A stretch of DNA of 64,000 bases from an uncultured Omnitrophica bacterium (lineage in GTDB: Bacteria > Omnitrophota > Gorgyraeia > JACQQV01), in NCBI GenBank assembly GCA_947085655.1, contig CAMTXH010000010.1:82015-146014 (forward strand), given 5' to 3'. The notes below the pieces were generated by a model that was not told the DNA's origin, did not search any database, and saw only the letters and a program-made list of their open reading frames with translations. The position numbers and the translations under genes were made by a program. Positions 56,342 through 64,000 of this stretch are shown here, piece after piece (the stretch's first letter is position 1; the number at the start of each line of letters is the position of its first letter).

Positions 56342-59300
56342 TTAATCGACCGCGGCGATCGCGATCGCTCCAAAGGCGACTTTGAAGAAGAAGTCGGCCG
56401 TTTCTTTGACAAAATTAAACCTCGCGGACTTGTACCGGAACGCTTCCGGAACCACGATGGTGTCTCCCCGTTCCACCTTTTTGAGCCGGATAAACTGGCT
56501 GTAGGCCTCGCCATTGGCCTTGACGAGATAAATCCTCTTCTCGTCTGCGCCTTTGGTCAGGTCACCCGCTTTGCGGAGATAAAACTCGACATTTTTGCCC
56601 TCCGCAAAGGAGACGGCCGTGGGATTGTAGACATTCCCGACCACGAGAACAGAAGAGGGGACCGGTGGAACCTTAAGAGAATCCCCGTCTTCAAGAACAA
56701 AATCATCCGGTGTCCCTTCGAGTTGATCAGGTTCGGCGAGCTTGACGATCATCCTTCCCAAATATTCTTTATTCTTGATCTGTTCCATGAGTCTCTCGTG
56801 ATATTGAGCAAGATCCATCCTGGACTGTTTTTGTCCAGGATCAAACCCCGCTCCCAGCGAGGCCACTTCCTGAAGGAGCGCCAATTGCTCCGACTCAAGG
56901 AAAAGCTTCGCCCGTTCCTTCTCTTCCTTCCGCAACGACTCGCGGGTAAAGACAGTCCCCTTCAGAAAGGCCTGATCCGTAAAACCGCCGGCGCGCTGAA
57001 TGACGGAGCTGAGTCGCTCGCCCTGGCGGATGACGTACTCTCCGGGATAAAGAAACTCGCCGGAAAGTGTCACGGTTGCCGGCTGACGATCCAAATGGGA
57101 TTGGTGGATAAAGAGGCGGTCTCCTTCTGAGAGGTAAAGATCCTTCTCGGCCGCGGTGCCTTCAAGAATTCCCCGGACGTCCAGGGGAATCATGGTGAGG
57201 GAAGTCTCTCCCGGTTTGAGGCGGAAAAGTTCCGCATTCTCCAAAGCGGCCGTCGGCTTGAATCCTCCCGCGCGGAAGAGAAGGTCGCTCAACCGCATTT
57301 GATCCGTCAGTTCATATTTTCCTTCTTGGCGGACCGCCCCGTGGATTTCGACAAACGGGGTCATCACCACGTCACTTCTCGAATAGATTCTCACAATATC
57401 CCATTCCTCCAAGAGGATATTCTGGGAGGGTTCTCCCCGAATGGCGTCTCCGAGATTCACCCGGATGATCCTGCGCATGTTGTCCGCTTGAAAACGGGAG
57501 ACGTCGGCCCGGTCAAAATAGGTCCCTTTCCGAAGACCCCCTCCTTTTTCGATCAGATCTAAAATCCGCATTTGTCCCTTCAACTCATAGTCTCCGGGGC
57601 GAACGACATTGCCTGCGAGTGAGATATACTGATGCCGTCCCGGCGAAATAGGCGAAATCAGCACCAGATCCCCATCCCAAAGCCGGACTTCGTCCCCCAA
57701 ACGCGCCAGTTCACGCGACCCCTTAAATTCAAGATCGAGTACCACCTTTCTTTCCCGGTCTTGGACCCGTTCGATTTGGATCCTCTGAAGATATCCGATC
57801 GCGGTGGGGCCGCCTGCCATCTCCACCAGTTCGTCGAGATGAATCGAAGAGGTCACTTCATAAATGGCAGGACGTTTAACGCTTCCGGCAATGCCGATCA
57901 CCTCGCCGATGGGCGGAACCAGAATCGTGTCATTCGCCTCCAAGGGGATATCACCCTCCTTCTCGCCTTTCAAAAGGAGTTTGTAAAGATCGAAGGTCGA
58001 CTCCTCGTGACCTTCCCGCAACAGTTTGATCCCTCGCAACGTTCCCAATTTCGTCGGGCCCCCGGCTGCATAGAGCGCATGAAACGCGGTAGATTGTGGG
58101 TTGAGAAGGTAAGCCCCCGGCCGTTTCACCTCTCCCAGAACAAAGATCCGGATCGTGCGGAGTCTTCCCATCGTGATACTGAGATTGACATTCGAGTAGT
58201 GTTCGGTGAGACTCTTCTTGAGGAGTTCTTCCGCCTCTCCGAACGTCAATCCCCAAACATAAACGGGCCCGACCTTGGGCAAGAGGATTTTTCCATCCCG
58301 ATCCACGGTCACCGGAAAGGTTCCCTGCATGGCACCCCACATGCTGACGACAATGGTATCCTCCGGGCCCAACACATAATCGGAAGCAACCGGGACGCTC
58401 GATGCCCCCGCACTAAAGGTGTCGAGACTGTCAAAGCTGGATTGGGGGACCTGTTTTCCCATTTCACCCCCGAGGAGAGACCCGGTCAACTGCGAAAAAA
58501 CATTGGAAAAGGAAGAACCCCTCCCGAGAGCCCCTTCCTGTCTGAGAAAGGGTGATGTCAGTTTCTGTGATTCCGGAAAAATATCGTAGCCAAACTGCCG
58601 GATATTCCGGGGGATGCCCAGCGAGATTTCCTCCGAAAACATCATTTCGATGCGGGATAATTCCAGAGGCCGGGTCTCCGGCGCGCGGGCACCGCCGAGC
58701 AGCGCCTCTTCTCCCCGGGGTCCTTGGGGAATCCCTGCCTGTCTGACAATATTTTCCGCCGCAGACTCAAACGCCTCGCCCGTAAAAGGCGAGAACAGTT
58801 TCATTTGCTCCAAGGGATCGACCATGGCCTTGAAGAAGCGTCCATCGGTGGGACTTCTGAAGGTGGTCATGCTGAAGTTTTCACGCAGTTCATCCATCGT
58901 CAGTTGATTCACGCTCAACCGGAATTCGGTGCCGTCATAAGGGCAGCGGAGTATCTGTCCCCCTTCCCCACTTAAAAGGGCGCCGATCTCCAATTCCGCT
59001 TTGAAGATTTTCCCGTCCACGGGACAACGGACATCATAGACACCCTTCTCCGCTTTCTGCTTGAAGCCGGGCATCGGAGTATAAAATTCGTAACCGTCAT
59101 AAGGACAGGTAACCCGCATATTTCCCGCACGGAATGCCTCCTCTGATTTGTCCACTTCGATTTCAAACATCCTGCCGTCCCGCGGACAGGTCACTGTGGT
59201 GAACTCGACATCTTCCAGAGCTCTCCTGCCGAGTGCGTCCGTGACCCTCTGCTGAGGAAGTTTCGGTAATAGACCCTCCTGCGCTTCCAGGGAAACACCG

Positions 59301-59386
59301 ATTTCTCCCAAAAGAAGGACTCCTATACTGAAAACGATTCCCAGACACCGTCTTGCAACAGCACTTTTCTGATTCCGGGCACTCAT
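56342..59386 (-). CDS. wza: large OPX polysaccharide export protein (Poly_export + multiple SLBB domains) with N-terminal CPxDG repeats
   Basis: FGYDIF, DYVLGPED, GEVKRPG, repeated AGG/GD.. SLBB units, C-terminal amphipathic helix; signal-peptide-like N-terminus. Confidence 0.88.
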   Translation of the reverse strand: MSARNQKSAVARRCLGIVFSIGVLLLGEIGVSLEAQEGLLPKLPQQRVTDALGRRALEDVEFTTVTCPRDGRMFEIEVDKSEEAFRAGNMRVTCPYDGYEFYTPMPGFKQKAEKGVYDVRCPVDGKIFKAELEIGALLSGEGGQILRCPYDGTEFRLSVNQLTMDELRENFSMTTFRSPTDGRFFKAMVDPLEQMKLFSPFTGEAFESAAENIVRQAGIPQGPRGEEALLGGARAPETRPLELSRIEMMFSEEISLGIPRNIRQFGYDIFPESQKLTSPFLRQEGALGRGSSFSNVFSQLTGSLLGGEMGKQVPQSSFDSLDTFSAGASSVPVASDYVLGPEDTIVVSMWGAMQGTFPVTVDRDGKILLPKVGPVYVWGLTFGEAEELLKKSLTEHYSNVNLSITMGRLRTIRIFVLGEVKRPGAYLLNPQSTAFHALYAAGGPTKLGTLRGIKLLREGHEESTFDLYKLLLKGEKEGDIPLEANDTILVPPIGEVIGIAGSVKRPAIYEVTSSIHLDELVEMAGGPTAIGYLQRIQIERVQDRERKVVLDLEFKGSRELARLGDEVRLWDGDLVLISPISPGRHQYISLAGNVVRPGDYELKGQMRILDLIEKGGGLRKGTYFDRADVSRFQADNMRRIIRVNLGDAIRGEPSQNILLEEWDIVRIYSRSDVVMTPFVEIHGAVRQEGKYELTDQMRLSDLLFRAGGFKPTAALENAELFRLKPGETSLTMIPLDVRGILEGTAAEKDLYLSEGDRLFIHQSHLDRQPATVTLSGEFLYPGEYVIRQGERLSSVIQRAGGFTDQAFLKGTVFTRESLRKEEKERAKLFLESEQLALLQEVASLGAGFDPGQKQSRMDLAQYHERLMEQIKNKEYLGRMIVKLAEPDQLEGTPDDFVLEDGDSLKVPPVPSSVLVVGNVYNPTAVSFAEGKNVEFYLRKAGDLTKGADEKRIYLVKANGEAYSQFIRLKKVERGDTIVVPEAFRYKSARFNFVKETADFFFKVAFGAIAIAAVD

Positions 59387-59413
59387 GTCCTTTCCTCCTT
59401 CTTTTTGTTTGAG

Positions 59414-61051
59414 TTAAAAACGAAACACAGTTTTCAGGGAAAAGATGTGGTTGTGGGAATCGATACCCGTGGATCCCCTAAAATTGTTGACATCCTCAAA
59501 TTGATAAGCAAAAATCAAATCCACTTTGTCCGAGAATTCATACAGAAAATCCACTTGGACCTCGTTTTTGGCCAGGGCCGATTGTCCGAACTGAAGCGCT
59601 TCTCCCGAAATACCCCGGCGCTCCCGGTCAAACTGAAACCCCGCTACAACCCGCTTCCCCAGGACGTCAAAGACCTGACTCAATCGGAAAAAGAAATCAT
59701 CCGAATCCGGTCCCGCATGGTGTCCGAGAAATTCGTTCTTGAAACGGTGTCCCGAGGTATGAACAAAATGCTCATAGGCGTTTTTATGGACTCTCACCCC
59801 CTCAAAACGGAAATCAAGACCTGGCCAGGAGAAAAGGTCTGTGATCAGGAAGCCGCCCAGATAACTCACAAACTCGGGAATATAAATCCCTTTTGTGTCC
59901 TCGCCGAAGAACTCGCCGTACAGTTCAAGGCCGCTTCCCACTTTGATCCACCTGGCCAACTCAGCAAGAAAAATCCGAAGATCCGCACCAAAAAGATGAT
60001 TCGCTCTCTCCTCGGTCGCACCCCCCTCGGTGGGATCGAGGGCATTCAAAAAATCAATGAAGCCCTCCTCTTCGCCTTCGCCGCCGAAGAGAGCCAGATG
60101 GGAAGCCCCCACCACCAGACGTCGTGTCGGAGACCACTCAAACCGGGTTCCCGTCAGAAAAGACTCCTTCACGGTCCGTTTTTCCTCAAGCCGCGCTCCG
60201 ATGAGCTGGGCCTCCCATTTTCCGAGCTTCTCCAGCTTCCATGGAAGCCGAAAACCCCGCAGGGTCCTCAGGGAAAAGGCCCGAAGGGGTCGGGGGTTGT
60301 TCGTCAACAGAAGGTCTCCGTGGTACCCGGGACCCCACCAGAAATTCAGAAGCCCCCCTTTCAACTCCAGATTCCAGTAGGCCAGTTTGGCCGACGCCTC
60401 TTCCAGATCCAGATCAATGTCCGAATCCTCCTCGCTCCCCCGAAGACCCGGATTGAATGTCGCCGCAAACCAATCCCCCAGACTGAGCCAGGACGGGAGC
60501 GTCCCTCTTCCGTTGAAGCCGTCTTTGAGCCGAAGGCCTTGAGAATTCTCAATGAGGGAGGTGCTGTTCTGGCGATCAAATGAGGTCAGAAATTTTTCAC
60601 CCACCAGCATCGTCCCGAACATCGCTTCCTTCCACTGAAACGGCTGGCCCGGCCTGCGGGCCTCACCCCTCTCCCCCGCTTCCGCGACGCCGAGAGCGCG
60701 AAGTTCCGGAGCAAACGTCTCGGAAAGGCGGAGGAGATCCTCTTCGATCTGATAGGCCATCTCCGATGAGAGGTTCAGGTCTTTCTCTTCGATGGTTTGA
60801 ATCGCTTCCGCGACCCGCCGGGCGACCCAGTCTCGTGTCGCAGGACGCAACCCCAAGCCAAGCCCCTCACACAGACCTCTCGCCGCCAGGCGCTCGACCG
60901 CTTCGATGCTCCAGTCGCGCACAGACAGGTCAACCGGCGCCGCCGAAGCCTCGGCACCAAACAGAAGAAGACCCAGAAGAAAAGACCAGCGGATGAAGGC
61001 GCAAGGATGTCGAAAGATCAAGAGATCTCCTTTGCCAAAGAACGAAACCAC
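59414..61051 (-). CDS. wzi: capsule assembly Wzi family outer-membrane protein
   Basis: Signal peptide, WWGPGYHGDLLLTNNPRP, YGEFFGED, LGHHAGPDS, C-terminal Phe. Confidence 0.85.
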   Translation of the reverse strand: MVSFFGKGDLLIFRHPCAFIRWSFLLGLLLFGAEASAAPVDLSVRDWSIEAVERLAARGLCEGLGLGLRPATRDWVARRVAEAIQTIEEKDLNLSSEMAYQIEEDLLRLSETFAPELRALGVAEAGERGEARRPGQPFQWKEAMFGTMLVGEKFLTSFDRQNSTSLIENSQGLRLKDGFNGRGTLPSWLSLGDWFAATFNPGLRGSEEDSDIDLDLEEASAKLAYWNLELKGGLLNFWWGPGYHGDLLLTNNPRPLRAFSLRTLRGFRLPWKLEKLGKWEAQLIGARLEEKRTVKESFLTGTRFEWSPTRRLVVGASHLALFGGEGEEEGFIDFLNALDPTEGGATEERANHLFGADLRIFLAELARWIKVGSGLELYGEFFGEDTKGIYIPEFVSYLGGFLITDLFSWPGLDFRFEGVRVHKNAYEHFVHTSGHRFKNEFLGHHAGPDSDDFFFRLSQVFDVLGKRVVAGFQFDRERRGISGEALQFGQSALAKNEVQVDFLYEFSDKVDLIFAYQFEDVNNFRGSTGIDSHNHIFSLKTVFRF

Positions 61052-61965
61052 TCCACGGTCCGCCGGAGTCCCTCCTCAAAGTGAACCGGCGTATTGCATT
61101 TGAGAAGACGCGTTGCCTTGGAGACATCCGCCAGGGTCTTTCGGACATCCCCCCGGCGTGCCGGCCCGAATTTGGGAGAAACTTTTTTGCGCAAAATTTG
61201 GTTGACCGTCTCGAGAACGTCCAGAACACTCCGCCCTTCCCCGCAAGCGATATTGAAAACCTCACCCGAGACATTCGGTTGAACCGCTGCCTGCAAATTG
61301 GCCTCAACGACATTGTCGATATAGGTGAAATCGCGCGATTGTCTTCCATCTCCATCCACGGTCGGAGATTCATTTTCAAGAATTTTCAGGATGAATTTTG
61401 GGATCACGGCGGCATATTCCGACGCCGGGTCCTGACGGGGGCCGAAGACGTTGAAATAGCGGAGACTGACCGTCTCAAGCCCATAGGCGTGGGTAAAGAG
61501 TTTACAATAGATTTCACCGGCAACCTTTGAAGCGGCGTAAGGAGAGAGAGGATTGAGGGGAAGATATTCCGTTTCGGGAAAATGGTCCGTATTCCCGTAG
61601 ACGGAACTCGATGAAGCAAAGACGACGCGTTTGACCTTTGCTTCGACGGCGGCCAGCAGAACCTGAAGGGTGCCGCCGACATTGACGTCGTTCGTCTCCG
61701 CCGGGTTGTCAAAGGATTTGGGAACCGAGCGGAGGGCGGCCTGATGGAAAACGACATCGACCCCCTTGAGGGCCCTGCTCAGGCATTCCGGGTCACGGAT
61801 GTCTCCTTCGACCAGCTCAAGGGAATCGCTTATGCCTTCCAGGTTCTCACGGCGGCCCTCAACAAAGTTGTCCAGAACCCGCACCCGCTCTCCCCGGCCA
61901 ACAAGTGCTCTGGCAATATGAGAACCGATAAACCCAGCGCCACCCGTGACTAGTTTAACGCCCAT
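61018..61965 (-). CDS. UDP-HexNAc(A) 4-epimerase-like extended SDR (WbpP/TviC-like)
   Basis: TGGAGFIG, HQAALRSVPKS, SSSSVYG, SPYAASK, LRYFNVFGPRQDP. Confidence 0.9.
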   Translation of the reverse strand: MGVKLVTGGAGFIGSHIARALVGRGERVRVLDNFVEGRRENLEGISDSLELVEGDIRDPECLSRALKGVDVVFHQAALRSVPKSFDNPAETNDVNVGGTLQVLLAAVEAKVKRVVFASSSSVYGNTDHFPETEYLPLNPLSPYAASKVAGEIYCKLFTHAYGLETVSLRYFNVFGPRQDPASEYAAVIPKFILKILENESPTVDGDGRQSRDFTYIDNVVEANLQAAVQPNVSGEVFNIACGEGRSVLDVLETVNQILRKKVSPKFGPARRGDVRKTLADVSKATRLLKCNTPVHFEEGLRRTVEWFRSLAKEIS

Positions 61966-62126
61966 CCACCCCCATAGCCTTCTGTTGCGGTACGGTAGCG
62001 AATTGAAATGTGAACTTTAGACTTTTCCCTAATCCATTATAGGGATGAGAGTTATGTAATTACGGCTGAGCTTTTTGGAGAAACCGAACCCTTCTTAATG
62101 GGCACCCAATCGGAGCAGAAAAAAGC

Positions 62127-62154
62127 CTGACAAACGCGATAATCATCTTATAAA
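62127..62154 (+). promoter_or_regulatory. possible divergent sigma70-type promoter overlapping the operon promoter
   Basis: CTGACA (62127-62132), 16-nt spacer, TATAAA (62149-62154). Confidence 0.4.
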
Positions 62155-62173
62155 GTGGATATCTGTTTGTCAA
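62145..62173 (-). promoter_or_regulatory. sigma70-type promoter for the glycan operon
   Basis: Minus strand TTGACA (62173-62168), 17-nt spacer, TAAGAT (62150-62145); about 170 nt upstream of the first ATG. Confidence 0.65.
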
Positions 62174-62382
62174 TATTTATCTTCGGGAGTAAATGTTTTC
62201 TAAATTACCCCCGAGATGTTACAATAATTCTCATGAAATATTGCTACATTCCAACTCGCCGTTGACCGGGTTCCGCTTGTCCTGGGAGCATTGAGTCCAC
62301 GGGGTCTCTTTACAGAGACGCCCAATTTATTTAAAATGGTTTGCCTTTGCCATCGGATCCATTGAGGGGGGATGTCAGGTAG

Positions 62383-63246
62383 ATGAAATTGGTCGTTCAC
62401 GCGGATGACTTCGGGCTCACCCGGGAAACAACAGAGGGGGTCTTAGAGGCCTTTGACCACGGTGCGCTGACCAGCACCAGCATTGTGGCAAACGGAACTT
62501 TTTTTGATGAGGCGATGGAGGAATACCTTAAGAGGAAAAATTTCAGACTCGCCATTCACCTGAATCTGGCTGAGGGAAAACCTGTCTCCGCCCCAAACCG
62601 CATCCCGTTACTCGTGAATACACAAGGAGAGCTTTCCCGAACATTTTTGGGCTTGTGGAAAAATTTTATGCTGAGCAGTCCAGAGGAACGCCTTCAGTTA
62701 AAGCAACAGGTGAAACATGAATTATCGGCCCAAATTCTCAAAGTCAAAAAATGGACGGGGGGACAACCCATAGAGGCTGATGGGCATCTGCATTACCATA
62801 TGATCCCTTTTATCTTTGATGCGCTGGTGGAGCTCAAAAACGAGTTGAATATTTCTTACATTCGTCTGCCCTATGAAAAATTTTTCTTTTGTCTGGATTC
62901 GGTTAAATGCCTCAAGAACTATTTCGGACCCAATATGATCAAGCACATCTTGCTGAATCGCTTGAGCCGGGAAGGAAAAAAAGTGCTGGACCGGCATGGC
63001 ATCCGGCATTGTGACTTTTTTATCGGTGTTTTATTTACCGGCAATATGTCGGAGTCGATCGTGAGATCCGCACTGAGCCGTCTTTCACCCCAGGAAAAGG
63101 AGCCTGCGACGATCGAGGTACTTTTTCATCCGCACAAATCGGGTCGGGAAAAGCGGTCGTTGAAAGAACTCGCGGAGCTGAAAAAGGAAACATTCAAAAA
63201 CTTGGTGGGGGAGTGTGTCAAAAATGCGGCTTTTTCTCGTCATTGA
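62383..63246 (+). CDS. YdjC/ChbG/HpnK family carbohydrate deacetylase
   Basis: HADDFG, TSTSIVAN, HLNLAEG, DGHLHYH, EVLFHP. Confidence 0.88.
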   Translation: MKLVVHADDFGLTRETTEGVLEAFDHGALTSTSIVANGTFFDEAMEEYLKRKNFRLAIHLNLAEGKPVSAPNRIPLLVNTQGELSRTFLGLWKNFMLSSPEERLQLKQQVKHELSAQILKVKKWTGGQPIEADGHLHYHMIPFIFDALVELKNELNISYIRLPYEKFFFCLDSVKCLKNYFGPNMIKHILLNRLSREGKKVLDRHGIRHCDFFIGVLFTGNMSESIVRSALSRLSPQEKEPATIEVLFHPHKSGREKRSLKELAELKKETFKNLVGECVKNAAFSRH

Positions 63247-64000
63247 CGAAACGAGATTTTTTCATCCTGATTTCTCGGCCAGGTTGATCGAAAAAACGCT
63301 TGACGACGTCGTGGGAGCCGCTTTGGTCACAAAGGTGCTGCCCAAAAATAATATCACCCGCTACTTAAGGAAACATTGGTATTATTTGAAAGTGCCGGAA
63401 ATTTTAAAACTTGTCTATCAAAATGGCAGGATGGGTGTTCAAGACCGTCTCTCAAAGAAAATGAGAGGGGGGCACTTCCATTCCGTCAGATCTGTCCTTC
63501 GGTTTTTCGACGTCGATTTCATTGAGGTGGAATACAATATCAACCAGGACCGTTACTTAAAGTTCATTGAAGAAAAAAAACCGGATGTCATCCTTTCTTC
63601 GAATTCCTTATATTTCGGCGATGTGCTATTGCGCATTCCGGCGTTCGGATGCATCAACCGCCATTCTGCGCTGCTGCCTTCCTATGGGGGGTTGCTGCCG
63701 GTCTTCCAGGCCTTTCGCAGCGGCGAGAAATATACCGGCGTCACGGTCCACAAGATGGAAAAGCGACAGGATAGGGGGCCCATCCTCGCACAACGCAAAA
63801 TTGAGATAAGCGGGAGTGCGACGGTTTTTGATTTATACAAGAGATGTTTCGAAATGAGTCCGGATGTGGTGTTGGAGGCCCTGGAAAAGATAAGGAAAAA
63901 TCAGGCCACCTGTGCCTCAGAGAATGTCCAAGAGTCCTACTTCTCCTTCCCTTCGGAGGAACATTGGAATGAATTTAGACAGCGAAAAGGCCGACTTATT
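63224..64000 (+). CDS. formyltransferase (N10-formyl-THF dependent), runs off right edge
   Basis: Manual translation from ATG 63224 open to the window end: MRLFLVIDE...CINRHSALLPSYGGLLP...GVTVHKM...DRGPILAQ...YFSFP; absent from the ORF track. Confidence 0.85.
   Translation, partial: MRLFLVIDETRFFHPDFSARLIEKTLDDVVGAALVTKVLPKNNITRYLRKHWYYLKVPEILKLVYQNGRMGVQDRLSKKMRGGHFHSVRSVLRFFDVDFIEVEYNINQDRYLKFIEEKKPDVILSSNSLYFGDVLLRIPAFGCINRHSALLPSYGGLLPVFQAFRSGEKYTGVTVHKMEKRQDRGPILAQRKIEISGSATVFDLYKRCFEMSPDVVLEALEKIRKNQATCASENVQESYFSFPSEEHWNEFRQRKGRLI

Noticed and set aside
28618-58555. Other long plus-strand ORFs (28618-29547, 39614-40354, 40923-41786, 56336-57130, 57632-58555)
   Set aside because: All lie opposite well-supported minus-strand genes and show no family signatures; typical reverse-frame shadows.
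59405-60583. 392-aa plus-strand ORF
   Set aside because: Antisense shadow of wzi with no recognisable motifs.
61987-62000. ops-like GCGGTACGGTAGCG
   Set aside because: Imperfect match to GGCGGTAG and on the wrong strand for the minus-strand operon.
62200-62400. 66-aa minus ORF in the divergent intergenic region
   Set aside because: No motif, overlaps the YdjC start and lies upstream of the predicted operon promoter.
63567-63809. 80-aa plus ORF
   Set aside because: Out-of-frame overlap with the formyltransferase starting at 63224.
1-64000. CRISPR arrays, tRNA/rRNA, IS elements, phase-variable repeat tracts
   Set aside because: No spaced direct repeats, RNA gene signatures or transposases seen; homopolymer runs are short and reading frames are intact.

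Overview
Nearly the whole window (1-61965) is one minus-strand, tightly coupled cell-surface glycan locus of about 54 genes from a diderm bacterium; it continues past the left edge. In transcription order it encodes a UDP-HexNAc epimerase, then Wzi, a large SLBB/OPX export protein and a small Wzz. Next come a nonulosonic-acid module (NeuB, HAD phosphatase, TIM-barrel epimerase, NeuA, Gfo/Idh/MocA, SDR), a MurJ-like flippase, many GT2/GT4/GT-C glycosyltransferases, two AsnB-type amidotransferases, two radical SAM enzymes, several methyltransferases, Wzx, Wzy/WaaL-like proteins, a WecA fusion and rmlC/rmlA. A divergent YdjC-deacetylase plus formyltransferase pair sits at the right end. The most striking element is a carboxy-SAM synthase (CmoA) with no cmoB, translationally coupled to a sugar O-methyltransferase-family gene and followed by divergent WaaA and KdsB homologues and a KdsC homologue. 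This suggests Cx-SAM-dependent carboxymethylation of a Kdo-like sugar in a surface glycan (inference). Also found: an unannotated 56-aa ORF that supplies C-terminal motifs missing from a truncated alpha/alpha-toroid paralogue, 27-residue-periodic CPxDG repeats in the export protein, and an overlapping bidirectional sigma70 promoter. No rRNA, tRNA, CRISPR array or mobile element was seen. All calls come from motif recognition by eye, without database searches.
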